Shown here: positions 17,781 through 27,398 of the stretch, piece by piece | Layout of the letters: every line of letters starts with the position of its first letter | Position numbering within the stretch: the stretch's first letter is position 1 | Assembly: GCA_943787795.1 (NCBI GenBank) | Contig: CALSNU010000003.1 | Coordinates: 480,001 to 544,000 of the forward strand | Reading direction: 5' to 3' | Length of the DNA stretch: 64,000 bases | Source of the DNA: an uncultured bacterium | Lineage (GTDB): Bacteria > Planctomycetota > UBA1135 > GCA-002686595 | Translations under genes and position numbers: made by a program | The notes under the pieces: model-generated | What the model was told of the DNA's origin: nothing | The model's input: only the letters and a program-made list of their open reading frames with translations | Database searches by the model: none

Positions 17781-19976
17781 TCAGTCATTGTGGTGGTCCC
17801 ACGCGACGAGGAATTCACCGCCCATCAGCAGGGGCGACGCGTCCGTCGGGCGAAGTTCGAAGGCCACGCAGCCCTCCGGTCGCCCCTCGATCCAGTAGAC
17901 GCGCTGAAAGCCCATCTTCAGTGCGAGGTCCATGGCGCGCTCTCGGCTCAAGGAGGGGCGGTTCGAATCCACGTCGTAGAGCTGAAACCCGTAGTTGATC
18001 CAATCCACGCCGGGCACCGGTCTCGGCTGGCCCTGCAGCATGGCCATCTCCGTCAGCACCGGCCCGCTGAACGGTGCGGCGCGTGGCTGCTTCGGCGTGC
18101 TCGACCAGTAGGCCTCCAGGCCGGGAGGCACGTACACCACAGATCGTCGCCGCTCGGCGCGTGGGGTTACCTCGTAGAGGTGCCGGAGGCACGCCGTGAC
18201 CGCGGCGCGGGAGCGCTGGTGCCCTGTCTCCGTCCCCGTGGATACCGGTACGCTCCGTCGGTCCGCCGCTACGTCCTTGCCCATGCGGACTAGGTCCCTC
18301 CCAGTGTTGAAGACGAGGATCACCGTGAGGGCCTGGATGACGCGCCTTTGGCGGCGCTCGCGCCGCGCCCCGTCGCCGCCGCGGGAGTTGTCCTTTGTGG
18401 CTGGTGTGCGGCGGCTCAAGCCCGGACCGAGGCGCAGGCAGACAGAGACCACAATGATCACCGACAGCCACTGCTGTACGGTGTGAAAGTAGAGGCCGGA
18501 GCCTCCGGCGATCACCACGCTCATGCTGATCGCGAAGCCAATGATGGCGACGATGAAGAGCACCTCGAGGTCGAGCAGGCGCCCCTTCCTCAGGCGAGCC
18601 CTGAGGCGAGCAGGGCTTGTCACACCGAGCTCGCAGCACCGCAGCCAGCAAGCCAGCCCGGCCCAGGCAAGGCTCACGGGGAAAAAGATGGGCCAGAAGG
18701 GAACCTCCACGTAGGCCCGGAGGAAGTGCAGGGGCTCCAGGCTCGCGGCCTCCTCAGGCGCCCATCTCAGCGAGTTGATATAGAGGGCCATCGCCAGCGT
18801 CAGACCCAGTGAGGCGAGGGGCACTGGTCGGATCAGCCATCCCGGCCGGCGTGCGACCAGCCACGCGATGGTGGGCCCTGCTAGGACCAATAGAGAGATC
18901 TTTGAGATGCCCCACAGGCCGATGGCGATCGGGAGGAGAAGGGCCTGGAACCAGCCCCTGCGGGCGCCCCACTGCAGCCACGGGAGGATGGCGCCCATGC
19001 AAAGGAAGGCGAGCGTAAGCCCAACGCCCATGGACTCCGAGATGAGGAAGCTAGGCTTGAGCCCAGCCAGGTGCCCGATGGGTGATGGGAGGAAGCCACC
19101 GATGGCGACCATGACCACCAGCCAGGCGGTCCACCAGCGTTGCCGGTCGCGTCCGTGCCCAATCCCCCGGCGCCTCCTTGCCCGAGCGGACGCGGCCGCA
19201 GCGAGGATGAGCGCGTGCGCAAAGAGGGTGGTGAAGACGATCGGATAGGCGGTGCAGTAGCTGGTGACCACTGAGGTCCCTTGGCCCTCGGCCAGCGCCG
19301 CCATGGCGGCATGACTGCCCCAGTGGTAGCCGAGCCACGGGAGGCCGTCGAGGCCCGTGCTGGGAACCTCGTAGGAACGGAGCATGCCGGCGATCGACAT
19401 GTGGAAGACGGAGTCCACGTGCGTATTCCCTATGGCCTCCAGTCCGACGTCCGTCGTGGGCGTTAGATATCCACGGCCGAGTGTGATCGAGGTCAACAGG
19501 ACGCCCATCGCGAGCCCTGCGAGGGCCAGGGTCCGAACTCGGGGGGCGCCCTCCCCCTCGCGCCGAGCCAGGACAAGGGCGAGGCTGGATACGCCAAGAA
19601 GGGCGCACACGAGGCCCGCCCCCGGCCCCAGCCAAAAGCCTCCGGCGAGACCCACTAAGAGCACGGCAGCGGTTCTGGGTCCTGGGTCCAAGGGACCATC
19701 CCGGCCAACGAGTAGGGGTAGGTTGAAGACCATCCATGCGAAGCCGACCGAGAGAGCGGCCTCGCGGACCCACAGGTCCTCCAGTCCAAGGCGGCACAGG
19801 ATGATCACCGCGCCGATCGTGGCTGCGGCGGCGGAGGCGGTCAGGGCGCTCCAAACTGCGGGCCCGCCGGGAGCCTCCGCCAGATCGCCCGGCTCAAAGC
19901 CGGGGCGATCTCCGGTCGAGGGCTTGGAGTGGTCGGAGCTGGTTTGGTCTGAGCTCATCTTCCCAGCGAATGTCAT
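17781..19976 (-). CDS. polytopic membrane protein, possibly GT-C fold glycosyltransferase
   Basis: 731 aa, more than 12 TM segments, loop HVDSVFHMSIAGMLRSYEVPSTGLDGLPWLGYHWGSH, soluble C-terminal domain; start may be 19958. Confidence 0.65.
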   Translation of the reverse strand: MTFAGKMSSDQTSSDHSKPSTGDRPGFEPGDLAEAPGGPAVWSALTASAAAATIGAVIILCRLGLEDLWVREAALSVGFAWMVFNLPLLVGRDGPLDPGPRTAAVLLVGLAGGFWLGPGAGLVCALLGVSSLALVLARREGEGAPRVRTLALAGLAMGVLLTSITLGRGYLTPTTDVGLEAIGNTHVDSVFHMSIAGMLRSYEVPSTGLDGLPWLGYHWGSHAAMAALAEGQGTSVVTSYCTAYPIVFTTLFAHALILAAAASARARRRRGIGHGRDRQRWWTAWLVVMVAIGGFLPSPIGHLAGLKPSFLISESMGVGLTLAFLCMGAILPWLQWGARRGWFQALLLPIAIGLWGISKISLLVLAGPTIAWLVARRPGWLIRPVPLASLGLTLAMALYINSLRWAPEEAASLEPLHFLRAYVEVPFWPIFFPVSLAWAGLACWLRCCELGVTSPARLRARLRKGRLLDLEVLFIVAIIGFAISMSVVIAGGSGLYFHTVQQWLSVIIVVSVCLRLGPGLSRRTPATKDNSRGGDGARRERRQRRVIQALTVILVFNTGRDLVRMGKDVAADRRSVPVSTGTETGHQRSRAAVTACLRHLYEVTPRAERRRSVVYVPPGLEAYWSSTPKQPRAAPFSGPVLTEMAMLQGQPRPVPGVDWINYGFQLYDVDSNRPSLSRERAMDLALKMGFQRVYWIEGRPEGCVAFELRPTDASPLLMGGEFLVAWDHHND

Positions 19977-20564
19977 GGGCTATCAAAGGAGGCGTGGTCC
20001 TCCGGGTGTCACGTGGGAGCCGGCCGCATCGTATGGGATATGCTGGGCGCCCCTCGGCGCGAGCGTACGGCGCGCGTCGCCTGGCGTTCCAACGCAGGGG
20101 AGCGAAAGACGGGAGATGTGGCGTCGCCGCCCACGTCGATCATGCCGTCTCGGTTCGGGGGTCGAGGGGAGGGCTGCACGCCGCTGGAGTGGTGGGACGA
20201 TGGGAGCCTCACCGAGCCTCGTCACGGGGCGTGGGCGGCCGAAGTGGCCCTCGGGAGCGGCTCACTTGCTGCCGCCCTTCCGACGCCGACGCCTCGCGTG
20301 AGGGAAATCTGCCGCCCTGGCCTGCCGCTGAGGGCCCCAGCCTCCGTACCCTCTAGCCCTCGACCGCCGCATTCGTGGCCCCCCCCGGGGTCGCTGCGGG
20401 TGCGGAGCCCCGGCCTGCTGGACGGCTTGTGACGTCCGGCGATAGGCCACGGACTGCCTGCCTGGTGTGGGCGCCTGGTGCCCGCCGGTCCCCACTTGAA
20501 CAAGATTGCGCGGCGTCTCCCTAGCCGCCACCGGGCCTCCCTGGCCCAAGCCAAGACGATGACC

Positions 20565-23333
20565 ATGAGCGTGTACACCGACTACCTCGAGCAGATCGAG
20601 GCCCGCAAGGGCCAGGGCCTCCACCCCAAGCCCATCGAGGACGCCGAGCTGGTCGAGGCGCTCATCGCCCAGATCGAGGACGCCGGGAACGAGCACCGCG
20701 AGGCCTCGCTCCAGTTCTTCATCTACAACACGCTTCCCGGGACGACCAGCGCGGCGGGGGCCAAGGCTCGCTTCCTGAAGCGGATCGTCCTCGGTGACGC
20801 GGTGGTCGAGGAGATCACTCCCACGTTTGCCCTCGAGCTGCTCTCGCACATGAAGGGTGGCCCGTCGGTGGAGGTGCTGCTCGACCTCGCCCTCGGGGAC
20901 GACGCCGGGATCGCGCGCCAGGCGGCCGACGTCCTCAAGACCCAGGTCTTCCTCTACGAGGCGGACACCGATCGCCTGAAGGCCGCCCACGGGGCCGGCC
21001 ACGCGCTCGCGACCGAGATCCTGGAGAGCTACGTCCAGGCCGAGTTCTTCACCTCGCTCCCCGAAGTGGACGAGACGATCCAGGTCGTCACCTTCGTCAC
21101 CGCGGTGGGCGACGTGTCCACGGACCTCCTCTCGCCGGGGAGCGACGCCCACTCCCGGTCGGACCGCGAGCTCCACGGCCAGTGCCTCTTCGAGCACGAC
21201 AAGGAGAAGCAGGACGCACTCCGGGCGCTGCAGGCCCAGCACCCCGACAAGCGGATCATGCTCGTGGCGGAGAAGGGCACCATGGGCGTGGGCTCCTCCC
21301 GCATGTCCGGGGTGAACAACGTCGCCCTCTGGACCGGCGTTCAGGCGAGCCCCTACGTCCCGTTCATCAACATCGCGCCCGTGGTCGGCGGCACCAACGG
21401 GATCTCGCCGATCTTCCTCACCACCGTGGGGGTCACCGGCGGCATCGGGCTCGACCTGAACAACTGGGTCAAGCGGCTGGGGCCGGACGGCGAGCCGGTC
21501 CTCGACGCGGACGGCGAGCCCGTGCTGGAGGAGGTCTTCTCGATCGACACGGGCACCGTCCTGACGATCAACACGCGCACCAAGAGGCTCTACGACGAGA
21601 GCGGCGCAAAGGAGCTCTGCGACATCTCCCCGGCCTTCACCCCCCAGAAGCTGGAGTTCATCCGGGCCAAGGGGTCCTACGCCGTGGTCTTCGGCAAGAA
21701 GCTCCAGACCACCGCGGCGGAGATCCTCGGGGTGGAGAAGCCGGCGGTGTACGCCGCCGCCAAGGAGGTCTCCCACGCGGGGCAGGGCCTGACCGCTGTG
21801 GAGAAGATCTTCAACCGCAACGCCGTGGGGACGACGCCGGGCGCCGTGCTGCACGCCGGGTCGGACGTGCGGGTCAAGGTCAACATCGTCGGCTCCCAGG
21901 ACACGACGGGCCTGATGACCTCCCAGGAGCTCGAGATGATGGCGGCCACCGTCATCTCCCCGACCGTGGACGGGGCCTACCAATCCGGCTGCCACACGGC
22001 GTCGGTCTGGGACAAGAAGGCGCAGCGCAACATCCCGAAGCTCATGAGCTTCATGAACGACTTCGGGCTGATCACCGCGCGGGACCCCGAGGAGAAGTAC
22101 CCGGCGATGACCGACGTCATCCACAAGGTCTTGAACGACCTCGCCGTGGACGACCGCGCCGTGATCATCGGCGGCGACTCCCACACCCGCATGTCGAAGG
22201 GTGTGGCCTTCGGCGCCGACTCCGGCACCGTGGGCCTGGCCCTCGCGACGGGTGAGGCGACCATGCCCATCCCCGAGTCCGTCAAGGTGACCTTCAAGGG
22301 CACCCTCAAGGATCACATGGACTTCCGGGACGTGGTGCACGCGACCCAGGCGCAGATGCTCCAGGAGTTCGGGGACAACGTGTTCCAGGGCCGCATCATC
22401 GAGGTCCACCTGGGCACCCTGCTCTCCGATCAGGCGTTCACCTTCACGGACTGGACGGCGGAGATGAAGGCCAAGGCTTCGATCTGCATCTCGGAGCCGG
22501 AGACCCTCATCGAGTCCCTCGAGATCGCCCGGGATCGGATCCAGATCATGATCGACAAGGGCATGGACAACGAGGGCGCCGTGCTGGCGGGCCTCGTGGC
22601 CCGCGCCGAGGCGCGCATCGCCGGGCTCCGCTCCGGCGAAGACCCGGCCCTGCTGCCGGATGACGACGCCCGCTACGCCGCGGAGTTCACCGTCGACCTC
22701 GACATCATCGACGAGCCGATGATCGCGGATCCGGACGTGAACAACGATGACGTGTCGAAGCGCTACACCCACGACACCATCCGCCCGGTCTCTCACTACG
22801 GCGGCACCAAGGAGGTCGACCTGGGCTTCGTGGGCTCCTGCATGATCCACAAGGGCGACATGCAGATCATCGCGCAGATGCTGAAGAACATCGAGACGAA
22901 GGAGGGCTCGGTGACCTTCAAGGCGCCCCTCGTGGTGGCCCCGCCGACCTACAACATCGTCGACGAGCTCAAGGCCGAAGGCGACTGGTCCATCCTCCAG
23001 AAGTACTCGGGCTTCGAGTTCGACGACCTGCTGCCCAAGAGCACGGCCCGCACCCAGTACGAGCCGATGATGTACCTGGAGCGGCCCGGCTGCAATCTGT
23101 GCATGGGCAACCAGGAGAAGGCGGCGAAGGGTGACACCGTGATGGCCACCTCGACGCGCCTCTTCAAGGGCCGCGTGGTCGCGGATAGCGACGAGAAGAA
23201 GGGCGAGTCGCTCCTCGCCTCGACCCCGGTGGTCGTCCTCTCCACGATCCTCGGGCGCACCCCGAGCATGGACGAGTACCTCGCCGCGGTGGACGGGATC
23301 AAGCTCACCAGCTTCGCGCCCCCGGTGGACTGA
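20565..23333 (+). CDS. acnB: bifunctional aconitate hydratase 2 / 2-methylisocitrate dehydratase
   Basis: HEAT-like N-terminus, STDLLSPG, GVGSSRMSG, GSQDTTG, QSGCHT, GGDSHTR, FVGSCM, PGCNLCMGNQ, TSTRLF. Confidence 0.97.
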   Translation: MSVYTDYLEQIEARKGQGLHPKPIEDAELVEALIAQIEDAGNEHREASLQFFIYNTLPGTTSAAGAKARFLKRIVLGDAVVEEITPTFALELLSHMKGGPSVEVLLDLALGDDAGIARQAADVLKTQVFLYEADTDRLKAAHGAGHALATEILESYVQAEFFTSLPEVDETIQVVTFVTAVGDVSTDLLSPGSDAHSRSDRELHGQCLFEHDKEKQDALRALQAQHPDKRIMLVAEKGTMGVGSSRMSGVNNVALWTGVQASPYVPFINIAPVVGGTNGISPIFLTTVGVTGGIGLDLNNWVKRLGPDGEPVLDADGEPVLEEVFSIDTGTVLTINTRTKRLYDESGAKELCDISPAFTPQKLEFIRAKGSYAVVFGKKLQTTAAEILGVEKPAVYAAAKEVSHAGQGLTAVEKIFNRNAVGTTPGAVLHAGSDVRVKVNIVGSQDTTGLMTSQELEMMAATVISPTVDGAYQSGCHTASVWDKKAQRNIPKLMSFMNDFGLITARDPEEKYPAMTDVIHKVLNDLAVDDRAVIIGGDSHTRMSKGVAFGADSGTVGLALATGEATMPIPESVKVTFKGTLKDHMDFRDVVHATQAQMLQEFGDNVFQGRIIEVHLGTLLSDQAFTFTDWTAEMKAKASICISEPETLIESLEIARDRIQIMIDKGMDNEGAVLAGLVARAEARIAGLRSGEDPALLPDDDARYAAEFTVDLDIIDEPMIADPDVNNDDVSKRYTHDTIRPVSHYGGTKEVDLGFVGSCMIHKGDMQIIAQMLKNIETKEGSVTFKAPLVVAPPTYNIVDELKAEGDWSILQKYSGFEFDDLLPKSTARTQYEPMMYLERPGCNLCMGNQEKAAKGDTVMATSTRLFKGRVVADSDEKKGESLLASTPVVVLSTILGRTPSMDEYLAAVDGIKLTSFAPPVD

Positions 23334-23346
23334 ATCGGCGGCCCGT

Positions 23347-24624
23347 TCAGCCGAGGAGGTAGGCCTTGAGGGCCGCGGAGTTCGCGGGGATCGTCACGGC
23401 CTGCTTGGGTCGGTCGATGATCGCCGTGAGCCGCTCGGGCATCTCTGGTGAACGGCCGATAGCGGGGGCCACCACCTCGCCGAACTTGCACGGAGCGGCC
23501 GTGTGCAGGAAGACCCCGCGGGCTGCGGGGTCGTCGCGGAGGACGGCGTCGAGCGCAGCGTGGCCGATGGCGCCGTGGGGGTCCACGACGTAGCCGGAGG
23601 TCTCGTACACCTGCTGCATCCGCGCGCGGGTGGCGGGGTCGTCGAGGTAGAAGCCGCGGACCGTGGCGCGGAGGGCCTCGAGGTCGTCGCCGACGAGCCG
23701 GAGCAGGCGGATGAAGTTGCTCGGGGCGCCGACGTCCATGGCGTTGGAGATGGTGGGGATGCTCGGGCGCGGGCGGTAGTCGCCGGTCTCCAGGTACTCG
23801 GGGACCACGCGATTCACGTTGGTGGCGGCGACGAACCCCCGGCACGGCATGCCCATGCGGTGCGCCAGGAGTCCGGCGGCGAGGTTTCCGTAGTTGCCGG
23901 AGGGCACGCTGAAGATGACCTCCCCCCCCAGTCGTTGGACCGCGCTGGCGAAGGTGGTGGCCTGTGGGATCCACCGGGCGATGTTGATCGAGTTGGCGCT
24001 GGTGAGGGGCCGCGCAGCCTGGAGCTCGGCGTCGAGAAAGGCGGACTTGACCATGGTCTGGCAGTCGTCGAAGGCGCCCTCGACCTCCAGCGCCTGCACG
24101 TTGCCGCCCACGGTGGTGAGCTGCTGCTCCTGCACGCGGCTAATACGCCCCTTGGGGTACAGCAGCACCACGTCGATGCCCTCCACGCCGTGGAATCCCT
24201 GGGCGACGGCGCTGCCCGTGTCGCCGCTGGTGGCGACCAGCACCGTCACCTTTCGGTCGCTGAAGTGGCTGATCGCGCGGGCCAGGAAGCGGGCGCCCAC
24301 GTCCTTGAACGCCAGGGTCGGCCCGTGGAAGAGCTCGAGCGCGTAGCGGCGCTCGTCGGTCTCGACCAGGGGGAAGGGGAAGTCGATGGCCTCGGCGCAG
24401 ATGCGCTCGAGGTCAGCGCGGCCCATCGAGCCCTCGGCGAAGGGCCAGAGGATCTCCGTCGCGAGCTGATGGTGCTCCATGTCCGGGGTCGCCGCCCAGG
24501 TCTCGAGGGGGACCGTCGGGATCTCGTTCGGGAAGTAGAGCCCCCCTCCCGGAGGAAGGCCGCGCAGGATCGCTTTGTGGAAGGGTGCCGTCTCGCCGTG
24601 GTCTCGTGTGCTGTGGAAGTCCAT
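23347..24624 (-). CDS. thrC: threonine synthase
   Basis: LELFHGPTLAFKD (PLP Lys), ATSGDTG, SANSIN, VPSGNYGN, SNAMDVG, DPHGA. Confidence 0.97.
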   Translation of the reverse strand: MDFHSTRDHGETAPFHKAILRGLPPGGGLYFPNEIPTVPLETWAATPDMEHHQLATEILWPFAEGSMGRADLERICAEAIDFPFPLVETDERRYALELFHGPTLAFKDVGARFLARAISHFSDRKVTVLVATSGDTGSAVAQGFHGVEGIDVVLLYPKGRISRVQEQQLTTVGGNVQALEVEGAFDDCQTMVKSAFLDAELQAARPLTSANSINIARWIPQATTFASAVQRLGGEVIFSVPSGNYGNLAAGLLAHRMGMPCRGFVAATNVNRVVPEYLETGDYRPRPSIPTISNAMDVGAPSNFIRLLRLVGDDLEALRATVRGFYLDDPATRARMQQVYETSGYVVDPHGAIGHAALDAVLRDDPAARGVFLHTAAPCKFGEVVAPAIGRSPEMPERLTAIIDRPKQAVTIPANSAALKAYLLG

Positions 24625-24629
24625 GGGGA

Positions 24630-25562
24630 TCAGGCGTCGTTGCTGAGGACGTGAGCCCCCCGAGTGGAGATGGAGCTGAGATGAACCTGGTGGCCTGCGC
24701 CGGCCTCGTGGAGAGCCGCCGAGATCGCCCGACCCACGTCGTCGGCGGTGCGTCGGTCCAGGCTGACCCAGTAGCTCGATGGACCGCTCCCGCTGATGCC
24801 GCCTGCCCGGGCGCCGGCGTCCAGGGCCGCGTGCCCGATGGTCTTGAAGTAAGGCTGGAGCGGGATGCGGTGCGGCTCCGCGAGGACGTCCTCAAGGGCG
24901 AGCGCTGCATCCAGAGCATCGCCAGAGTGACAGCAGTGCACGAAGCGGCCCAGCCGCGCCATCTGCTGCAGGGCGTCCGTCAGCGGGACGGCGCCGGGGA
25001 GCACTGCGCGGGCCTCCGCGGTCTCGATGACGGCCTCGGGATGCACCACGGTGAGGTGCCAGTCCGGCGGGGGCAGGCGGTCGACGCGCCCGTCTGGACC
25101 CACGAGGCACAGCCCTCCGAGCAGGGCCGGCGCCACGTTGTCCGCGTGCCGGGCTCCGCTGGCGACCTGCTCACCATCCAGAGCCATGGGTAGCAGGTCC
25201 TCCGGGCTCAGGTTGGCACCTGCGAGCGCGGCCACGCCGAAGGCGGCGCTCGCGGCCGAAGCGGCGCTCGACCCGATGCCGCTGCCCGGCAAGACGGCCT
25301 TGTGGACGGTCAACTCCACACCCCACTCCACGTCGAGCGCCCTGAGGACGCTGCGTGCAGCCACCCCGCTCACGTTCCGCTCCACCTCCAGGGGGAGGTC
25401 GGCGCCGTGGATGGCGGCGAGGGTGACGCCCGGCTCCCGTGTGCGCCTGAGCTCCAGCCGCTCCATCGGCCGCTCGAGCGCCAGGCCGAGGCAGTCAAAC
25501 CCCACCGTGAGGTTGGCCACCGTCGCGGGGGCGGCCACAGTGATCTGCTTGAGAGGGGCCAT
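24630..25562 (-). CDS. thrB: homoserine kinase
   Basis: APATVANLTVGFDCLG, GHMP motif PGSGIGSSAAS, HADNVAP, ISGSGPS; directly upstream of thrC. Confidence 0.95.
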   Translation of the reverse strand: MAPLKQITVAAPATVANLTVGFDCLGLALERPMERLELRRTREPGVTLAAIHGADLPLEVERNVSGVAARSVLRALDVEWGVELTVHKAVLPGSGIGSSAASAASAAFGVAALAGANLSPEDLLPMALDGEQVASGARHADNVAPALLGGLCLVGPDGRVDRLPPPDWHLTVVHPEAVIETAEARAVLPGAVPLTDALQQMARLGRFVHCCHSGDALDAALALEDVLAEPHRIPLQPYFKTIGHAALDAGARAGGISGSGPSSYWVSLDRRTADDVGRAISAALHEAGAGHQVHLSSISTRGAHVLSNDA

Positions 25563-25637
25563 TTGGGGGAGGCTCGAGGGACGGGCGGGCAGGTTGGGAG
25601 GCCGGTGCACAGGTGTGCTGCGCCGGCCGAGCCCGGT

Positions 25638-26051
25638 TCAGGCGCTCGCGTAGACGTTGAACCAGCGCTGGCAGTAGGTGCACTTCACGTCCCCGCTCGG
25701 AGAGACGTCGGCGCCTTCGCCTAGGGCGGCGCCGCAGTTGGTGCAGGCCAGCTGGGACGGACTCCGCGGTGTTCCTGCTGTCGGCGTTGCTGCGGCAGGA
25801 CGCGCCGCTGTGGACGACGCGGCTCCAAGGGCCGAGCTCAGGGTGGAGGGGGCAGCGGCCGCTGCCTTTGGCTGGAGTCCAAGGGCCCCGGCAACACCGA
25901 CGAGGACGAAGACCGAGGCGATGAGGCTCCCGAAGACCTTGAAGAGCAGCGGAGGCGCCCCGAACCCCTCCGCGGACCAAAGGGCCACGATCATCACGAG
26001 GCCAATGGCCCCGAAGATAGCGGGAATGAGGCGACTGATGATCGTCGTCAT
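25638..26051 (-). CDS. small membrane protein with C-terminal zinc ribbon
   Basis: Two TM helices, Ala/Pro linker, CTNCGA...SPSGDVKCTYC. Confidence 0.7.
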   Translation of the reverse strand: MTTIISRLIPAIFGAIGLVMIVALWSAEGFGAPPLLFKVFGSLIASVFVLVGVAGALGLQPKAAAAAPSTLSSALGAASSTAARPAAATPTAGTPRSPSQLACTNCGAALGEGADVSPSGDVKCTYCQRWFNVYASA

Positions 26052-26231
26052 GTGCGGATGATACGCGGGGACGGACGTGATGTCGGTCAGATCGCTCCAG
26101 GGTCGTCGAGCAACGGCCTGCGACCAAGATCGCTCGCGTGCGGTGCTCGGTGCATTCACCCGCTCTCGACGCCTCCTGCGCGCGCGCCTTGAGCTCCCGG
26201 AGCACACCTCTCCGTGACCGAGGCGGTCCAG

Positions 26232-26311
26232 GCGAGCCAGTGTTCGTGCGAGCCAGTGTTCCTGCGGCCCAGTGTTCCTGCGGCCCAGTGTTCCCGCGGC
26301 CCACAGCTCCC
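26232..26311. repeat. intergenic tandem repeat, 16-bp unit GCG(A/G)(G/C)CCAGTGTTCCT, about 5 copies
   Basis: Units start at 26232, 26248, 26264, 26280 and (degenerate) 26296. Confidence 0.9.
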
Positions 26312-26594
26312 CGGGCAAGTGCTCCACCGCCTCGTGTTCAGGGGCGTCATGCTCAGGCGCCCCGGCCGCCGTCCGCGTGGCATCTGGCCACAGAGGCCGA
26401 GTCGGCTCTACCATTAGCCGCCGTGCCTATGGTGAGTTGATGGGGACCAGGCGGCCCCGCGGAGCGGAACGGCGATCACCTGGGAGACCCCGTTCGAGGC
26501 GCGGGGATCGGGGTGTAGGAGGGGCGGTGGCGTGTTCTGGGACGGCGTGGCGCCTCAAAGAGGGAAGCCTTCAAGCGGCGCTCCGGGGTGGACG

Positions 26595-26804
26595 ATGACC
26601 TCGCCCATGGACGGAATCTCCAGCCAGCAATCCAGCGCACTCTCCAGGTCGAGCGCTTCCATTGGGAGCAAGATCAATGTGGCTGTTCTGGGCAAGGTCC
26701 AGGATCAGCAGAAGGCCGAGGGCGAGGCGGCGGTGCGCCTGATCGAATCCGCCCGCCTGGCGAAGGAGCCCGGCAAGGGCGGCCGGCTCGACGTGAGAGG
26801 CTAG
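26595..26804 (+). CDS. YjfB-like putative motility protein
   Basis: INVAVLGKVQDQQKAEGEAAVRLIES...GKGGRLDVRG matches the YjfB pattern; start 26595 or 26607. Confidence 0.7.
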   Translation: MTSPMDGISSQQSSALSRSSASIGSKINVAVLGKVQDQQKAEGEAAVRLIESARLAKEPGKGGRLDVRG

Positions 26805-26826
26805 GGCCGCCCGCGTCGGGCGCACT

Positions 26827-27162
26827 TCAAGGGGCGGCAACGCTCGTTGAGAGCTGGAGGGTGATCACGCCCGCGATGATGAGGCCGAGCCCTGCGAGCG
26901 CCGCGGCGTCGAGCTCCTGACCGTGGAGCCACCAGGCGATCAGGGTCACGAGGAGGACGCCGACCCCGGACCAGACGGCGAAGGCGATCCCCACCGGGAT
27001 GTCCCGGAGGCAGAGTGAGAGCATGTAGAAGGCGACGCCGTAGCCGACCGCGACGATGGCGCTCGGGATGGGGCGGGTGAACCCCTCGCTGGACCTGAGC
27101 GCCGAGGTCGCGGTGACCTCGGCGGCGATGGCGACGGCGAGGTAGAGCTAGCCAGGTGACAT
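26827..27162 (-). pseudogene. SMR (EmrE/QacE-like) small multidrug transporter with premature TAG at codon 5
   Basis: [33 protein letters not shown]...YGVAFY...[17 protein letters not shown] at 27148-27150 where SMRs usually have Trp. Confidence 0.85.
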
Positions 27163-27398
27163 GGGTGCGCCCCGGGTGATCGGTCCTTGGGGATGTGGCG
27201 ACGCCGGTGGGTTTTGGTGGCTCACGGGGTGCGCCGTGGCCTGAGGCGGCGGGGCTCTCCCGCTGCCTGCGGGCGAGAGTTCACCGCCAGATGAGCCGAC
27301 GGATCGTCGCACCCGCGGCGCCCCATGGTCGGGGCGCGACAAGCAGGACGTGGAAGAGCTGCGACCACCCATCTTTCGCCGCCCGCTAGTCTGTGCCC

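Noticed and set aside
17960..17970. GGTTCGAATCC tRNA T-loop-like motif
   Set aside because: Lies inside a CDS on the opposite strand; no cloverleaf or acceptor stem can be built.
17301..27150. Possible TAG recoding (two in-frame TAGs at Trp-like positions)
   Set aside because: Several intact genes end at TAG at their expected C-termini (e.g. 31818, 40033, 43652, 58582), so TAG is a normal stop; point mutation or sequencing error is simpler.
27163..27398. Guanidine riboswitch upstream of the SMR gene or cobalamin riboswitch upstream of the BtuF-like gene
   Set aside because: No paired ACGR hairpins or B12-box recognisable by eye; an Rfam/Infernal scan would be needed to exclude them fully.
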